Origin: an uncultured Planctomycetaceae bacterium
GTDB lineage: Bacteria > Planctomycetota > Planctomycetia > Planctomycetales > Planctomycetaceae
Direction of reading: 5' to 3'
NCBI GenBank assembly: GCA_963815195.1
Contig: CAWFGE010000018.1
Span: 64,001 to 128,000, forward strand
DNA: 64,000 nucleotides
Every line of letters starts with the position of its first letter. The stretch's first letter is position 1. A program made the position numbers and the translations under genes. Positions 10,652 to 21,914 of this stretch are shown in pieces. The notes beneath the pieces are model-generated. The model saw only the letters and a program-made list of their open reading frames with translations, had not been told where the DNA came from and ran no database searches.

Positions 10652-10677
10652 GGCCGTCCTCCTTCTCGGTGCAGCGT

Positions 10678-11616
10678 TTAGAATTGACTCCGTGCCACGA
10701 CGACGCGTCCGATGCGCCGGGATGACAACCGGGCGGCGACTGTTTCGGCGTGCCGGCGCTGGCCGCACACTCCGAAATAGGCGGTTCCGCTTCCGCTCAT
10801 CATGTGGCCTAAAACAGGCTCTTTCGAGAATACTTCCCGCAGCCGCGGAATGTCCGCGTTGAGCTGTTCCGCGGGTCGCTGTAACGCATTAAACAAGGTT
10901 TGGCCCAGAAGGGCCGAGGGCCCGCGGGAAAGTTCCTGGATCAAAGGCATCGCCGACCGGCAGGCACCGGCGGATCGCCAACGGCGAAAGACTTCGGGAG
11001 TGGACAGCCCGCTCTCGGGTTTGACCACCACGAAATAGAGCCCCAAGGGCAATGCCAACGGTTCGATGATTTCTCCGCGGCCCCGGCACAATGCCGCCCG
11101 CGCTGGACTGAGGAAAAACGGCACATCGCTGCCCAGTTTCGCCGCGAGGGACGAGAGCTCCTCAGGTGTGAGATTCAATTTCCACAGACGGTTGAGGCCG
11201 GCCAACGCGGCGGCGGCATCGCTGGATCCGCCCGCCAAGCCGGCCTCGGCCGGGATCCGTTTCCACAATTCGATTTCCGCCCCGCCCTCGAATCCCGTGT
11301 GCTGTTTGAGTAGCAAAGCCGCTTTGACGACCAAGTTTTCCGGGCCCGCGGGAATCGCGGACTTCTTTTCCGCATCGCCCGTCTGAGCCTGGGGGGAATT
11401 CACAGAAAACACACGCAATTTGATGGCGGAGTCGGTTGCTTTTGCGTCGGCATTCGGGATACTGCTGAGCCGGAGCGTGTCATAAATCCCGATCATCACC
11501 ATCACGGTTTCCAGTTCGTGGAATCCGTCGGGGCGTTTGTTCAGAACCTCCAAAAACAAATTGAGTTTCGCTGGAGTGTGAACGACAAGAGATGATTGAT
11601 CCCATCGAACGAGCAT
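10678..11616 (-). CDS. ispE: 4-(cytidine 5'-diphospho)-2-C-methyl-D-erythritol kinase
   Basis: [45 protein letters not shown]. Confidence 0.95.
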   Translation of the reverse strand: MLVRWDQSSLVVHTPAKLNLFLEVLNKRPDGFHELETVMVMIGIYDTLRLSSIPNADAKATDSAIKLRVFSVNSPQAQTGDAEKKSAIPAGPENLVVKAALLLKQHTGFEGGAEIELWKRIPAEAGLAGGSSDAAAALAGLNRLWKLNLTPEELSSLAAKLGSDVPFFLSPARAALCRGRGEIIEPLALPLGLYFVVVKPESGLSTPEVFRRWRSAGACRSAMPLIQELSRGPSALLGQTLFNALQRPAEQLNADIPRLREVFSKEPVLGHMMSGSGTAYFGVCGQRRHAETVAARLSSRRIGRVVVARSQF

Positions 11617-11994
11617 CGGCTTCACATCCTGTGAACCAGTGCGACCCGATTCGTCAAAAATGGAGTTGAGAACTCAACTCGGGAAAACAACGACCGGAAC
11701 CGAAAGCCGGCCAATTCCCGCGCATACTTTCGGCTATACCGATCATTCGTATCTAGTCATGGATGCTAGCGGGATCGGCGAAACGCGTCAAGATGAGTCT
11801 GGCAGATTTGTTGTTTGCTGGTGCACTGGGATCTCGACTGTGGCGATTCCACAGAATCGTGGTTCACAATCATTGTTTTGTCAAAGGCACCAAATTCCGC
11901 AACGCGGGGGAATGCGCCGGCATCTGCGCAAAAGCCGACGCGCCCCTGGCCCTAAGCATTTCGGCGTTTTACCTAGCTTGACTGGGGCTTTGTC

Positions 11995-12003
11995 TGCTAT
12001 AGT
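11995..12003 (+). promoter_or_regulatory. Candidate extended -10 promoter for rpsA
   Basis: TGCTATAGT about 300 nt upstream of rpsA; nearby TTGACT has non-canonical spacing. Confidence 0.4.
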
Positions 12004-12108
12004 CCCGTAATTCCCCTCTTTGATTTCTGAGCCGATCGCGTGGATTGGTCCAATACGGGGGACCGGTCTTTTTTAGCGTTCGAATTTGGTTGTGCGGCCA
12101 AGGGCGAT

Positions 12109-12161
12109 CTTGGCGAGCGGCCGGCGTCAGCCGGCTGATCACTCCCGAGAGCTTGGGTTGG
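12109..12161 (-). repeat. 53-bp REP-like repeat, copy 2 (upstream of rpsA)
   Basis: Inverted copy of 9934-9986; internal palindrome GCCGGC..GCCGGC. Confidence 0.8.
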
Positions 12162-12305
12162 GTTACCTTTTCATTTGAGAACTTTGTTTTCGATGGTTGC
12201 TGAGAGATTTGGCGAAATCATGGGGTTGACGCCCCACGCTCGCCTTCACGGAACCCAGGCAACAACGGCGCCACTTCTTCGGGCGGAAACGGACACGAAA
12301 CGGTT

Positions 12306-14186
12306 ATGGTTGATCGGAACTTGATTCGGCAATTTAACGTCCAGGATGATGAACTCGCCGTCATCCTGCAGGAACTGGGAGAAGCGCAGGAAGACATCGA
12401 TTACAAAGTCGGCGACGCCCCCGATGTCAACACCATCGTCGAAGGGCGGATCCTCCGCATCGAAGGCGACGAAGTCCTCGTCGACATCGGCTACAAGAGC
12501 GAAGGCGTGGTGCCGCTCGATGAATGGTCGGAAGACCCCAACCCGCCCGAGCCCGGCCAGGTCTGCGAAGTGCTCCTGGAAGAAGTCGAGGACGACTTCG
12601 GCCTGATCCTGCTCTCCAAGCGGAAAGCCGACCGCATCCGCGAGTGGGAAGAAATCATCAACAAGCACCAGGAGGGGGATGTGGTCACCGGGACCGTGGT
12701 CCGCAAAATCAAGGGCGGGCTCCTGGTCAACATCGGCGTCAACGTGTTTCTCCCCGCCAGCCAGGTGGATATCCGCCGGCCCCGCGACATCGCGGACTAC
12801 ATCGGCAAAGACATCGAATGCGTGATTCTCAAAATCGACGAGTCCCGCCGGAACATCGTCGTCTCCCGCCGCAAGCTCATCGAAGACAAACGCGAGACGC
12901 AAAAACAGAAACTGCTCTCGGAGATCAAAGAAGGCGACGTGCGGAAGGGCGTGGTCAAGAATATCGCCGACTTCGGGGCCTTCGTGGACCTGGGCGGCAT
13001 CGATGGCCTGCTCCACATCACGGACATGAGTTGGGGCCGGATCAACCACCCGTCCGAAAAGGTCAAAATCGACGAATCCGTCGAGGTGAAAATCCTCAAC
13101 ATCGACCGCGAGAAGGAAAAAATCGCCCTGGGGATGAAGCAACTCACCCCCAGCCCCTGGGAGCAGGTCGAAGCCAAGTATCCGGTGGGCACCAAGATCA
13201 AAGGCGAAGTCGTCAACGTCATGTCCTACGGGGCGTTCGTCAAGCTGGAAGACGGCATCGAAGGCCTGGTGCACATCAGCGAGATGTCCTGGGTCAAGCG
13301 GATCAACCATCCCAGCGAACTCGTCAACATCGGCGATGAGGTCGAAGTCGTCGTCCTGGGCATCAACCAGGACAAGCAGGAAATCTCCCTGGGCATGAAG
13401 CAGACCCAGCCCAACCCCTGGGACCACGTGGCCGAGAAATACCCGCCCGGCACCAAAATCCAAGGCACCGTGCGGAACCTCACCAACTACGGGGCCTTCA
13501 TCGAATTGGAAGAAGGGGTGGATGGGCTCCTCCACGTCAGCGACATGTCCCACACCCGCAAAATCTCCCACGCCAACGAAATGCTCAAGCGGGGCGACGT
13601 CGTCACCTGCCAGGTGCTCTCCGTCGATGAGGACCGCAAACGCATCGCGTTGGGCCTCAAGCAACTGACCGACGATCCGTGGGAAACCACGATCCCGGCG
13701 AAATACCAGCCGGGTTCGCTCGTCAAAGGCAAAGTCACCAAGATCACCAACTTCGGCGTGTTCGTCGAGTTGGAAGACGATCTCGAAGGCCTGTTGCACA
13801 TTTCCGAACTGGCCGACCACAAAGTCGAAAACCCGGAAGAAGTGGTGCAGGTCGGGCAGGAACTCGAAGTCCGCATTCTTCGTGTGGACACCGACGACCG
13901 CAAAATCGGCCTGAGCCGGAAACTCGAAGCGGAATTCGAGGCTCCCGAAGAAGAAGCGGAACCCGGCAAAGCCCCCAGCACCCCGAAGGAACTCAAAGGC
14001 GGCACCGGCGGCGAAAGCGGCCCGCTGTTCAGCCTGGGCGGCCCCGCGGAAGCCGCCGCGGAGGAAGAAAGCCCGTCCGAGGAGGAAGCCGCTATGCAGG
14101 AAACTCCCGCCGCCGAGGAAACAGCCGCCGAAGAAACGGCCGAAGTCTCGTCTCCGGAAGAAGCCCAAGAGAAGACGGAAGAATAA
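12306..14186 (+). CDS. rpsA: 30S ribosomal protein S1
   Basis: Tandem S1 domains (DIGYKSEG, FLPASQVD, FGAFVDLGGIDGLLHITDMSW, YGAFV, GLLHISE) and acidic tail. Confidence 0.97.
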   Translation: MVDRNLIRQFNVQDDELAVILQELGEAQEDIDYKVGDAPDVNTIVEGRILRIEGDEVLVDIGYKSEGVVPLDEWSEDPNPPEPGQVCEVLLEEVEDDFGLILLSKRKADRIREWEEIINKHQEGDVVTGTVVRKIKGGLLVNIGVNVFLPASQVDIRRPRDIADYIGKDIECVILKIDESRRNIVVSRRKLIEDKRETQKQKLLSEIKEGDVRKGVVKNIADFGAFVDLGGIDGLLHITDMSWGRINHPSEKVKIDESVEVKILNIDREKEKIALGMKQLTPSPWEQVEAKYPVGTKIKGEVVNVMSYGAFVKLEDGIEGLVHISEMSWVKRINHPSELVNIGDEVEVVVLGINQDKQEISLGMKQTQPNPWDHVAEKYPPGTKIQGTVRNLTNYGAFIELEEGVDGLLHVSDMSHTRKISHANEMLKRGDVVTCQVLSVDEDRKRIALGLKQLTDDPWETTIPAKYQPGSLVKGKVTKITNFGVFVELEDDLEGLLHISELADHKVENPEEVVQVGQELEVRILRVDTDDRKIGLSRKLEAEFEAPEEEAEPGKAPSTPKELKGGTGGESGPLFSLGGPAEAAAEEESPSEEEAAMQETPAAEETAAEETAEVSSPEEAQEKTEE

Positions 14187-14218
14187 TCTCCGGCGAACGG
14201 GCTCGCACAACTTTGAAC

Positions 14219-14262
14219 CACCGGCTGTCCAACGATCGAGTTGGGCAGCCGGTGTTTTTTTT
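14219..14262 (+). terminator. Rho-independent terminator of rpsA
   Basis: Stem CACCGGCTGTCCAAC / GTTGGGCAGCCGGTG followed by T8. Confidence 0.85.
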
Positions 14263-15143
14263 GGACGGTTTTCAATCGGCCGTCACCCGTCTCCGGCCGG
14301 ACGTGGTGGGCATGAACAATTACGGTCTTGCGAATTTACAGGGGGAATTTGCCGGCGTCGATGCCCCGCTCGATGCCTTCGCCGGTTCGGTTCAGCACGG
14401 TCAGGTAACAGGAAATCGGCTCGCCACGAATCAACACGGTTCCGGATTCCAAAACCAGTTGGAGCGGCGCGAATCGAGGTTGGTTCTCCACAACGAGGTT
14501 CTTTAACGCTTTGTTTTCTGGTTGGAGCATTAAGTTCATCTTTCACAGGCCCGACTTGGCAGCGAACCCCTCGTTGAGTGCGAACGAGCGAATTCGGAAA
14601 GCAAGAAACAGAAGTCCATACGCGGTGCGACATCCATATCGGGACATTCCCTATTATATACCTCCCGCATTCCCCGTATGCAAATCGTCAGGCCACGGGA
14701 TCGACGCGAATTCTCAAATAATTCATCCATCCGGGCGACGGCGATGTTGGCTGACGCGGTGTCGAAATCGACGTCAAGCAGCCGGGCTTCCGGAAACTGC
14801 CGCATGCGCGACCGAAAGTCGTCCGTCCGTTCCCGGATGAACAACCCCGTCACCGGCAGCCTGAGCGGATGAGCCTCGTCGAAGTGGTCGTCCTTCGGCG
14901 GTTCCTCGGCGACCGCCGGTGCGACGGGGCGGACGGCGGGGGAAGCGAAGTCTGGAACCGCGCGGGTGATTCAACATTTTCGCGGGATCGGCCCCTGAGA
15001 ATTGCCGAGCTTCCGGCGAAAGTTACGCTGAAAGCCTGCGGGCTGGGGGATTTTCCGAGAGACGACGATTGATTGCGCATTGCCCAGCGGATAACGTGGG
15101 GGTTGATCCGGCAAGCCATCACCCGCCGCTTTTAGAGACCGTC

Positions 15144-16742
15144 ATGGCCCTACGTTCGACCGGCAAACCTGTTGACAGCTCGTTTTCCATGACGGGCGTG
15201 CTGGCGATGTTGTGCGGCGGCGGGGTGCTGTTTTTTTATTGGAAGTTCGCCCGGCCCAGCGGCGAACTGACGCGGGCGGCGCGAATCATCCTGCCGCTCA
15301 CCTCCGTGATCTTGCTGTTTTGGGGCGCGGAGCAAATCTTTGGGGATCTGATTCCCGGTTTGCGGTTCCGCCGTCGGCCTCCGAAGTCCGAAGAAAAACC
15401 GCCCCTCGAGATTTCCTGGATGGGCATTCTGTTGATGTTCATGGGGCTGCAACTGTTTTTCCTCGTGGGAAATTTCAGCGGCCGGACCGTGCGGTTGTTT
15501 CTGGTGATGCTCGGCGTCCTGGTGGAGTTCTGGGGCATTCGCGAAGTCGCCTTGAAAATGATGATCGCCTCCCCCATCGAGCGCGTGCAGCGGCGGGTCG
15601 CGCTGCCGCCTTCGGGACTCGCCTATCTGGTCATCATGATCGTGCTGTTCGTCGGTTCGCAGGTCGGCCAGTCGAACATGCTGATGCTGGTGTTCTCTTT
15701 GATGGCGGGGCCGTTCGTCATCAACGGCTCGGTCATCGTCATTATGCTGCAGAAGCTCCGCGTCCAGCGGGTGATGCCGGAGTCCGCGTTCGCGGGCGAG
15801 TTGATCGCGGTCGAGTTGGTGCTCAAGAACGAGAAGTCGGTGTTTTCGTCTTCGCTGATGGCGGTGACCGACACGATCGCCAACGACCGCGAGCGGCTGC
15901 AGTCGGGCGTGTTGATCGCCCGCGTCCCGCCCAAAGATGAACGCAGCGCGCGGTATCAAATCACGCTGATGCAGCGGGGGCGGTATCGCTTCGGCCCGGT
16001 GTATGTCGGTTCGCGGTTCCCTTTGGGCATCGTCGAACGGGGACTGGTGTTCGATCTGCCCGGCGAGATTCTGATCGCGCCCCGCTTGGGCCGGCTCACG
16101 CCTCGCTGGCAGCGAGAGCATGGTCTCGCCGATGAATTGGTGCACCGCCCCGACACGCGGGCCGGCATCTTCGAGGACGAGTTCCACCGGATCCGCGAAT
16201 ACCGGCCTGGCGACAATCCGCGGATGATCCACTGGCGATCCTCGGCCCGGCAGAACGAATTGATGGTCCGCGAGTTTCATCAAAGCCGGAACCAAAGCCT
16301 GATCGTGCTTTTGGATCTCTGGCTCTCCGACGATCCGACACCCTCCGAGGAAGACCGCGTAGAACTCGCGGTGAGCTTCGCCGCCACCATTTGCCACGCC
16401 CAGATGCGGCAAAGCCGGGACGCGAATTTGTTCGTGGCCTCGGCGGGGGACCGGGTCTTGGAATGGTCGGGCAAAACGGGAGCCGCGAGCCAGGAGTCCT
16501 TGATGAAGTTTTTCGCCCGCCTCGAAGCCGGCCCGTCGCCTCGCGTGGATCGGATTGTGGATTCGGCGCTCAACGAGCGAGGCGTGGGCACGCGGACGGT
16601 GGTGATTTCCACGCGGAAGCGCGTCAAAGGCCGCCTGCCGGTGCTGGAGCAACTCAAAACCGCCGCCGAGTTGGGCAAGGACGTGACGGTCTTCACCACG
16701 GATGCTGAAGAACTGGAGCCGTACTTTTATCTGCCGCAATAA
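15144..16742 (+). CDS. DUF58 domain membrane protein with N-terminal TM extension
   Basis: RGRY.FGP...SRFPLG, EFHRIREYRPGDNPRMIHWRSSAR, LMVREF. Confidence 0.85.
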   Translation: MALRSTGKPVDSSFSMTGVLAMLCGGGVLFFYWKFARPSGELTRAARIILPLTSVILLFWGAEQIFGDLIPGLRFRRRPPKSEEKPPLEISWMGILLMFMGLQLFFLVGNFSGRTVRLFLVMLGVLVEFWGIREVALKMMIASPIERVQRRVALPPSGLAYLVIMIVLFVGSQVGQSNMLMLVFSLMAGPFVINGSVIVIMLQKLRVQRVMPESAFAGELIAVELVLKNEKSVFSSSLMAVTDTIANDRERLQSGVLIARVPPKDERSARYQITLMQRGRYRFGPVYVGSRFPLGIVERGLVFDLPGEILIAPRLGRLTPRWQREHGLADELVHRPDTRAGIFEDEFHRIREYRPGDNPRMIHWRSSARQNELMVREFHQSRNQSLIVLLDLWLSDDPTPSEEDRVELAVSFAATICHAQMRQSRDANLFVASAGDRVLEWSGKTGAASQESLMKFFARLEAGPSPRVDRIVDSALNERGVGTRTVVISTRKRVKGRLPVLEQLKTAAELGKDVTVFTTDAEELEPYFYLPQ

Positions 16743-16760
16743 CGAGCGGGAGGTTTTTCG

Positions 16761-19700
16761 ATGCGATTTTCGTTGGCGATTTCTTTTGCAATGCTGCTCG
16801 GCGGTGCGGGGCCGGCGATTCCGGCCGACGATGCCGCGGGCGTTTTTTTTGAGAAGTCCGTGCGGCCGGTGTTGGTTCGGCGATGCTTGAAATGTCACGG
16901 GGAAAAAGCGTCGGGCGGTCTGCGGCTGGATTCGCGAGCCGGTCTCGTGAAGGGCGGCGAGTCGGGGCCGGCGATTGTTCCAAAGAACGCCGGCGAGAGT
17001 TTGCTGTTTCAAGCGGTGAAGCGCGAGGGCGGATACGAAATGCCGCCCGACGAAAAACTCTCCGCGGCCGAAGTCGGCGTGTTCGAGCGCTGGATTGAGC
17101 TCGGCGCGCCCTGGCCGGACGCGAAGATTCTCAAACCCGAACAACAGGCGGACAAAGCGAAAACCCACTGGGCGTTTCAGCCGGTCGGAAAACCTGCGGT
17201 CCCGAACGTCAACGAGGCCTGGGTGCGAACGCCGATCGATGCATTCGTTCTGAAGACGCTCAAGGAGCAGGGCCTAAAACCTTCGCCCGCAGCGGACCGG
17301 CGGACGTTGATCCGCCGGGCGACCTACACGCTGACCGGATTGCCGCCGACGCCTGAGGAAGTCGAGGCGTTTGTCCGCGATCCGGATCCGCTCGCTTACG
17401 AGAAGTTGGTGGATCGTCTGTTGGAATCGCCGCACTACGGGGAGCACGGGGCCAGGCAATGGCTGGACCTGGCCCGCTATTCGGACACCAAGGGCTACGT
17501 TTACGCCCGCGAGGAACGGTTTTGGGTCCATGCCTGGGCGTACCGCGATTGGGTCGTCAGGGCCCTCAATGAGGATCTGGCGTACGACCGGTTTTTGCTG
17601 TTGCAGCTCGCGGCCGATCAAGTCCAGGACAAAAAACCGGGCGACCTGGCGGCGATGGGGTTTTTGACCTTGGGCCGGCGGTTCTTGGGCGTGACGCACG
17701 ACATCATCGACGACCGCATCGACGTCGTTTGCCGGGGCACGATGGCGCTCACCGTCGGTTGTGCCCGCTGTCACGATCACAAATACGACCCGATCCCCAC
17801 GGGCGATTACTATTCGCTCTACGGGGTCTTTGACAGTTGTGCCGAGCGGATGGTCCCGTTGTCTCCAGGGCCGACGGGCGATGGAAACTATCAAAAGGAA
17901 CTCGCGGCCAGAAAGCAAAACCTCGCCGACAAACTCGCGGCCGCCCGCTTGGAATCGGCGAACCGCGTGCGCGAGCGGATTGCGGATTATCTCCACGCTC
18001 AAACGGAACTGGAGAAATATCCCTCGCAGGGCTTCGATCAGATTTTTGAAAAGTCGGACATCCTGCCCGCGTTCGTCAGACGCTGGGCGGCCCATCTGCG
18101 CGACGCCGACCGGCGGAAGAATCCCGTCTTCCGGCACTGGCACGCGTACAAGGCGATCCCGCGCGAAGAGTTCTCCGAACAGGCGGCAAAAATCACCCAG
18201 CAACTTGCCGAGCAGAAACCGGACAAAGTCAATCGTCTCGTCGCGGAGGCTTTTCAAGAACCGCCTGCCACGTTTGACGAGGTCATCGGCCGCTATGCGA
18301 AACTGTTTGCTCAAGTCGACGGCGAGTGGAAGAGCCTCCTCGCCAAAGCGAATGAGAACGGCGGCGACCCGCCCGCGTATTTGCCGGACGCCGACGCGGA
18401 AAGCCTGCGGCGGGTGTTGTACGGGCCGGGGGCTCCGTGCGAAGTGCCCGACGAGCCGATCGTGCATACGGAAATGGACTTCGACTCCGGGACCTGCACC
18501 GCGCTTTGGAAACTGCAAGGCGAAGTGGACCGCTGGATCATCCGTTCGAAATACGATGTGCCTTATGCATTGACCTTGGTGGATCGGCCCGCGCCCCGGG
18601 AACCGCGAATCTTCAAGCGAGGCGATCCCGCGAACAAAGGCGAAGAAGTGCCCCGGCATTTCCTGTCGCTGTTTTCCGCATCGAACCCCGAGCCGTTCCA
18701 GCGGGGCAGCGGGCGGCTCGAACTTGCGAAAGCGATCATCGATCCCGCCAATCCGCTGACCGCGCGGGTGATCGTCAACCGCGTGTGGGCCTGGCATTTC
18801 GGCGAAGGGCTGGTGACGACAACCAGCGACTTCGGACTGCGGGCCGATCCGCCTTCGCATCCGGAACTTTTGGATTGGCTCACGCGGGACTTCCTCGAAA
18901 ACGGCTGGAGCCTCAAGTCGCTGCACCGCAGGATTTTGCTCTCGGCCGCATATCGGCAGTCGTCGCGGGGGCCGGGCGACGCTGCTTTGAAAGCCAAGGC
19001 CAAGCGGCTCGACCCGGCCAACCGGCTGCTCTGGCGGATGAATTCGCACCGCTTGACGTTCGAGGAATTCCGCGATTCGCTGCTCGCGGTCACTGGCCAA
19101 CTGAACCCCGAAGTCGGCGGCAAGCCCGTCGACTTGTTGAAACCCCCGTTTTCCGATCGGCGGACGCTGTATGGCCTGGTGGATCGGCAATTTTTTCCCA
19201 GCACGTTTCGCGTCTTCGACGTGGCCAATCCCGATTTGCACATCGCCGAGCGCAGCGAAACCACCGTGCCGCAACAGTCGCTGTTCTTTTTGAACCATCC
19301 GCTCGTCCTGGCCCGTGCGCGGGAACTGGCGAAACGCATTTCACCGAGCGAACCGCAAGCGGACGTTCGGTCACTGTTCCAAAGCGTGCTCGAACGCGAA
19401 CCAACGGAACAGGAACTCGCGGAGGCCGTCGCGTTTCTCGAAATCACGGAGCCCGCTCCGCATGCCGCCGGCCCGCCGGTCGCGGCGAAGGATTGGCAGT
19501 ACGGGTTTGGTTTTTATGACGAGGAGAAGCAGCGGGTTGCGGGGTTCCAGAATTTGCCGCACTTCACAGGCTCGGCATGGCAAGGCGGGGCAAGTTGGCC
19601 GGATGCGAAACTGGGTTGGGTGCAGCTCACCGCGGCGGGCGGGCATCCGGGGAACGATCGCCAACATGCCGCGGTCCGGCGGTGGACCGCGCCGGGCGAC

Positions 19701-20072
19701 ATGACGATCCAAATCCGCTCCAAGCTCGTCCACGAACCGGAAGCGGGCGACGGCGTCCGGGCGTTCGTGGTGAGTTCGTCTTCGGGGTTGTTGAAGTCGC
19801 TGGCGATCCATCAATCGTCGATCGACTTGAACGTGGACTCCCTTAGGGTGAAAGCGGGCGAGACGATTGACTTCGTCGTCGATATCGGCAAGGTCCTAAA
19901 CAGCGACCAATACCTGTGGACCGCCGAGGTTCAGGAACTCGCAGCGGCCGGCTCGTTGAAGGCGTGGAATTCGAAAACCGACTTCCCGCAGCACCGGCCG
20001 CAAAAGCTTACGCCCTGGGAACAACTCGCCCAGGTCCTGTTGTGCTCGAACGAGTTTTTGTTCGTGGATTGA
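16761..20072 (+). CDS. PSD1/planctomycete cytochrome c domain protein (DUF1549 + DUF1553)
   Basis: CLKCHG, HWAF, PIDAFV, WLDLARY.D, CARCHDHKYDP, NPLTARVIVNRVW..HFG, PSHPELLDWL, LLCSNEFLFVD. Confidence 0.93.
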   Translation: MRFSLAISFAMLLGGAGPAIPADDAAGVFFEKSVRPVLVRRCLKCHGEKASGGLRLDSRAGLVKGGESGPAIVPKNAGESLLFQAVKREGGYEMPPDEKLSAAEVGVFERWIELGAPWPDAKILKPEQQADKAKTHWAFQPVGKPAVPNVNEAWVRTPIDAFVLKTLKEQGLKPSPAADRRTLIRRATYTLTGLPPTPEEVEAFVRDPDPLAYEKLVDRLLESPHYGEHGARQWLDLARYSDTKGYVYAREERFWVHAWAYRDWVVRALNEDLAYDRFLLLQLAADQVQDKKPGDLAAMGFLTLGRRFLGVTHDIIDDRIDVVCRGTMALTVGCARCHDHKYDPIPTGDYYSLYGVFDSCAERMVPLSPGPTGDGNYQKELAARKQNLADKLAAARLESANRVRERIADYLHAQTELEKYPSQGFDQIFEKSDILPAFVRRWAAHLRDADRRKNPVFRHWHAYKAIPREEFSEQAAKITQQLAEQKPDKVNRLVAEAFQEPPATFDEVIGRYAKLFAQVDGEWKSLLAKANENGGDPPAYLPDADAESLRRVLYGPGAPCEVPDEPIVHTEMDFDSGTCTALWKLQGEVDRWIIRSKYDVPYALTLVDRPAPREPRIFKRGDPANKGEEVPRHFLSLFSASNPEPFQRGSGRLELAKAIIDPANPLTARVIVNRVWAWHFGEGLVTTTSDFGLRADPPSHPELLDWLTRDFLENGWSLKSLHRRILLSAAYRQSSRGPGDAALKAKAKRLDPANRLLWRMNSHRLTFEEFRDSLLAVTGQLNPEVGGKPVDLLKPPFSDRRTLYGLVDRQFFPSTFRVFDVANPDLHIAERSETTVPQQSLFFLNHPLVLARARELAKRISPSEPQADVRSLFQSVLEREPTEQELAEAVAFLEITEPAPHAAGPPVAAKDWQYGFGFYDEEKQRVAGFQNLPHFTGSAWQGGASWPDAKLGWVQLTAAGGHPGNDRQHAAVRRWTAPGDMTIQIRSKLVHEPEAGDGVRAFVVSSSSGLLKSLAIHQSSIDLNVDSLRVKAGETIDFVVDIGKVLNSDQYLWTAEVQELAAAGSLKAWNSKTDFPQHRPQKLTPWEQLAQVLLCSNEFLFVD

Positions 20073-20084
20073 CCGCGGCGGCGA

Positions 20085-20507
20085 CTATTCGAACGTCGAG
20101 AACCACACGGGGACCGTGTGCTCGTACCACCAGGAGTGGTCCGTGCGGTTGTCGGGACGCAGGGCGGATCGCCCTGCCCATTTCCGCATTTGAATCCGCC
20201 GCGTGCGCTGCTGGGCTTCAAACACCGCCCGCTGGTGGATGTACCGCTGAGCCGGCGTGCGAACATTTCGCACGTTGGTGTTTTGGGATCGGTTTTTCAC
20301 ATTCGCCGGGATGAAGGTCGTGCGGGAAGTCTTCGGCGCCTGGGTTTGGATGATCGGCGGCTCGGTCTGGCGTTGCGGGGCCTCCAGAATGATCGTGCCC
20401 GAATTGTTCGCGGGAAGTTCGCCCGGGCGAAAGCCGTCCTGAGCCACCACGGTCCCGTTGGCCCCAATCAGCAATCCCAGGCCCAAACCACTCATCCACT
20501 TCCTCAT
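20085..20507 (-). CDS. Small exported hypothetical protein
   Basis: Signal peptide-like N-terminus, RBS GGAG. Confidence 0.6.
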   Translation of the reverse strand: MRKWMSGLGLGLLIGANGTVVAQDGFRPGELPANNSGTIILEAPQRQTEPPIIQTQAPKTSRTTFIPANVKNRSQNTNVRNVRTPAQRYIHQRAVFEAQQRTRRIQMRKWAGRSALRPDNRTDHSWWYEHTVPVWFSTFE

Positions 20508-21040
20508 TGCATCATCTCCTAAGGGGCCGAGTGTCGCCAATCTGAACATCGAAACGAACAACCGAGTGCGGTCAAACCGCGACCAGCGACCGATGGTTCG
20601 CCGGTTTTTCTCCTATCGGCTCAAGCGGCCTTGCGGTTTGAGCGGAATCTGCCGATTGCAGCGATTTTGTGGAGTTACGCCCACTTATCACAGGATCATG
20701 GTTTACCGCATCATGATTTTGTGAACCATGATTTTGTTCAATTCGCCACACCGACGACTGGCGATGACACCTGGGAATTTCTTTAGAGAATTTTGGGGGA
20801 TTTGCCTAAATTCCGGGAACTCTATTTGCGGAACACGCATCTTAACTTTCACACACCTCGTCAACTACGCACACAACCCGCCGACATTTGCTCGAGGTGT
20901 GATCGCCTTCGCGATCGGCGGGAACTCTGATTCTCAACAACTCATACCTTGGTTGGGCCGCGTTTTTGCGGGGCATCAACGGGGATGAGCCAAGTTCGTC
21001 GCGGGCTAGATTGGCCGACTTCGGCCCTCAAGGAGAAGCG

Positions 21041-21442
21041 ATGAATTTGCACACGGTTCAATGGGACGAGGAAAGTGCGCTCTGGCGGACTCGCGTGATC
21101 CGCGATGTCGATCCCCGCGAGCCCCTCGTCAAACAAAATCGCCAGGGAGAGCCCTGGCTGGCGTGGAATACGCCGGGACGTGAAGACGGCCTGGTGGAGT
21201 TCGTGGAGCTGGAAAGCGTGGCGGCGTGGATTCCGCCCGAGGGAGAAATCCTCTTGTTCTACCGCCCGGCTTTGGAGTATTGGCAAACGGTGAATCTTCA
21301 AGCCGCCTGCCACGTCGAATGGCTCGAGCGTGAATGGCCGACCTTCGGCGAAGTGGCCCTCGAACAACTGAACACGATCGCCCAAGCCATCCAACAAGAA
21401 TCCCGCCCCGGCCGGTCGATGACGCTGGAGACCTGGGAGTAA
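21041..21442 (+). CDS. Hypothetical protein (133 aa)
   Basis: ATG with AAGGAG RBS; GC3-type codon usage. Confidence 0.65.
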   Translation: MNLHTVQWDEESALWRTRVIRDVDPREPLVKQNRQGEPWLAWNTPGREDGLVEFVELESVAAWIPPEGEILLFYRPALEYWQTVNLQAACHVEWLEREWPTFGEVALEQLNTIAQAIQQESRPGRSMTLETWE

Positions 21443-21914
21443 GGCGATCGCGTTTCCAACAAAAGATGTTGTCAAAATCAGCCGCAGGGCGCTAGGCTGG
21501 GCTGTTAAGAAATTGGTATTGAAGTCTAAAAACGCGGGTTCTGGCTTGCGCCACCTTTGTTCTCGTTTTTTTGGAAAGCATTAGGGCCGAAGGCCCGGCT
21601 CTCTGTCAGCCCAGGGCCAGCGCAGCGCCGCCCTGGGTTACGGATGTAATGAAACGCAAGCCCCAAGGGGGCGGCCCACGTGGCTCTCGCCACGGAACAA
21701 GGCATTGCGGATTTCCGAATTCGGGCCGCCCCGTTGGGGCTTCGGCATTTTGTTCGTTCCCGTTCCCAGGGCTGCGCCCTTATAGGATTTGCTGAGGGAT
21801 GGATCGGCCGCGGGAGAGGGCGGGGGGACGCAAGTCTCTCCCCACGGACTCTTCCGCGCCGGAGCCGATCCAGCGCCGTTTTTTTCCTGTTTTTCCAGCC
21901 CCAACTTTGAGAGG

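Noticed and set aside
11640..12300. tRNA or riboswitch in the long ispE-rpsA intergenic region
   Set aside because: No cloverleaf, T-loop or known aptamer core was recognised. A covariance-model search would be needed.
14283..14977. Fragmentary minus-strand ORFs downstream of the rpsA terminator
   Set aside because: They could be a decayed gene, but I could not join the frames into a recognisable protein.
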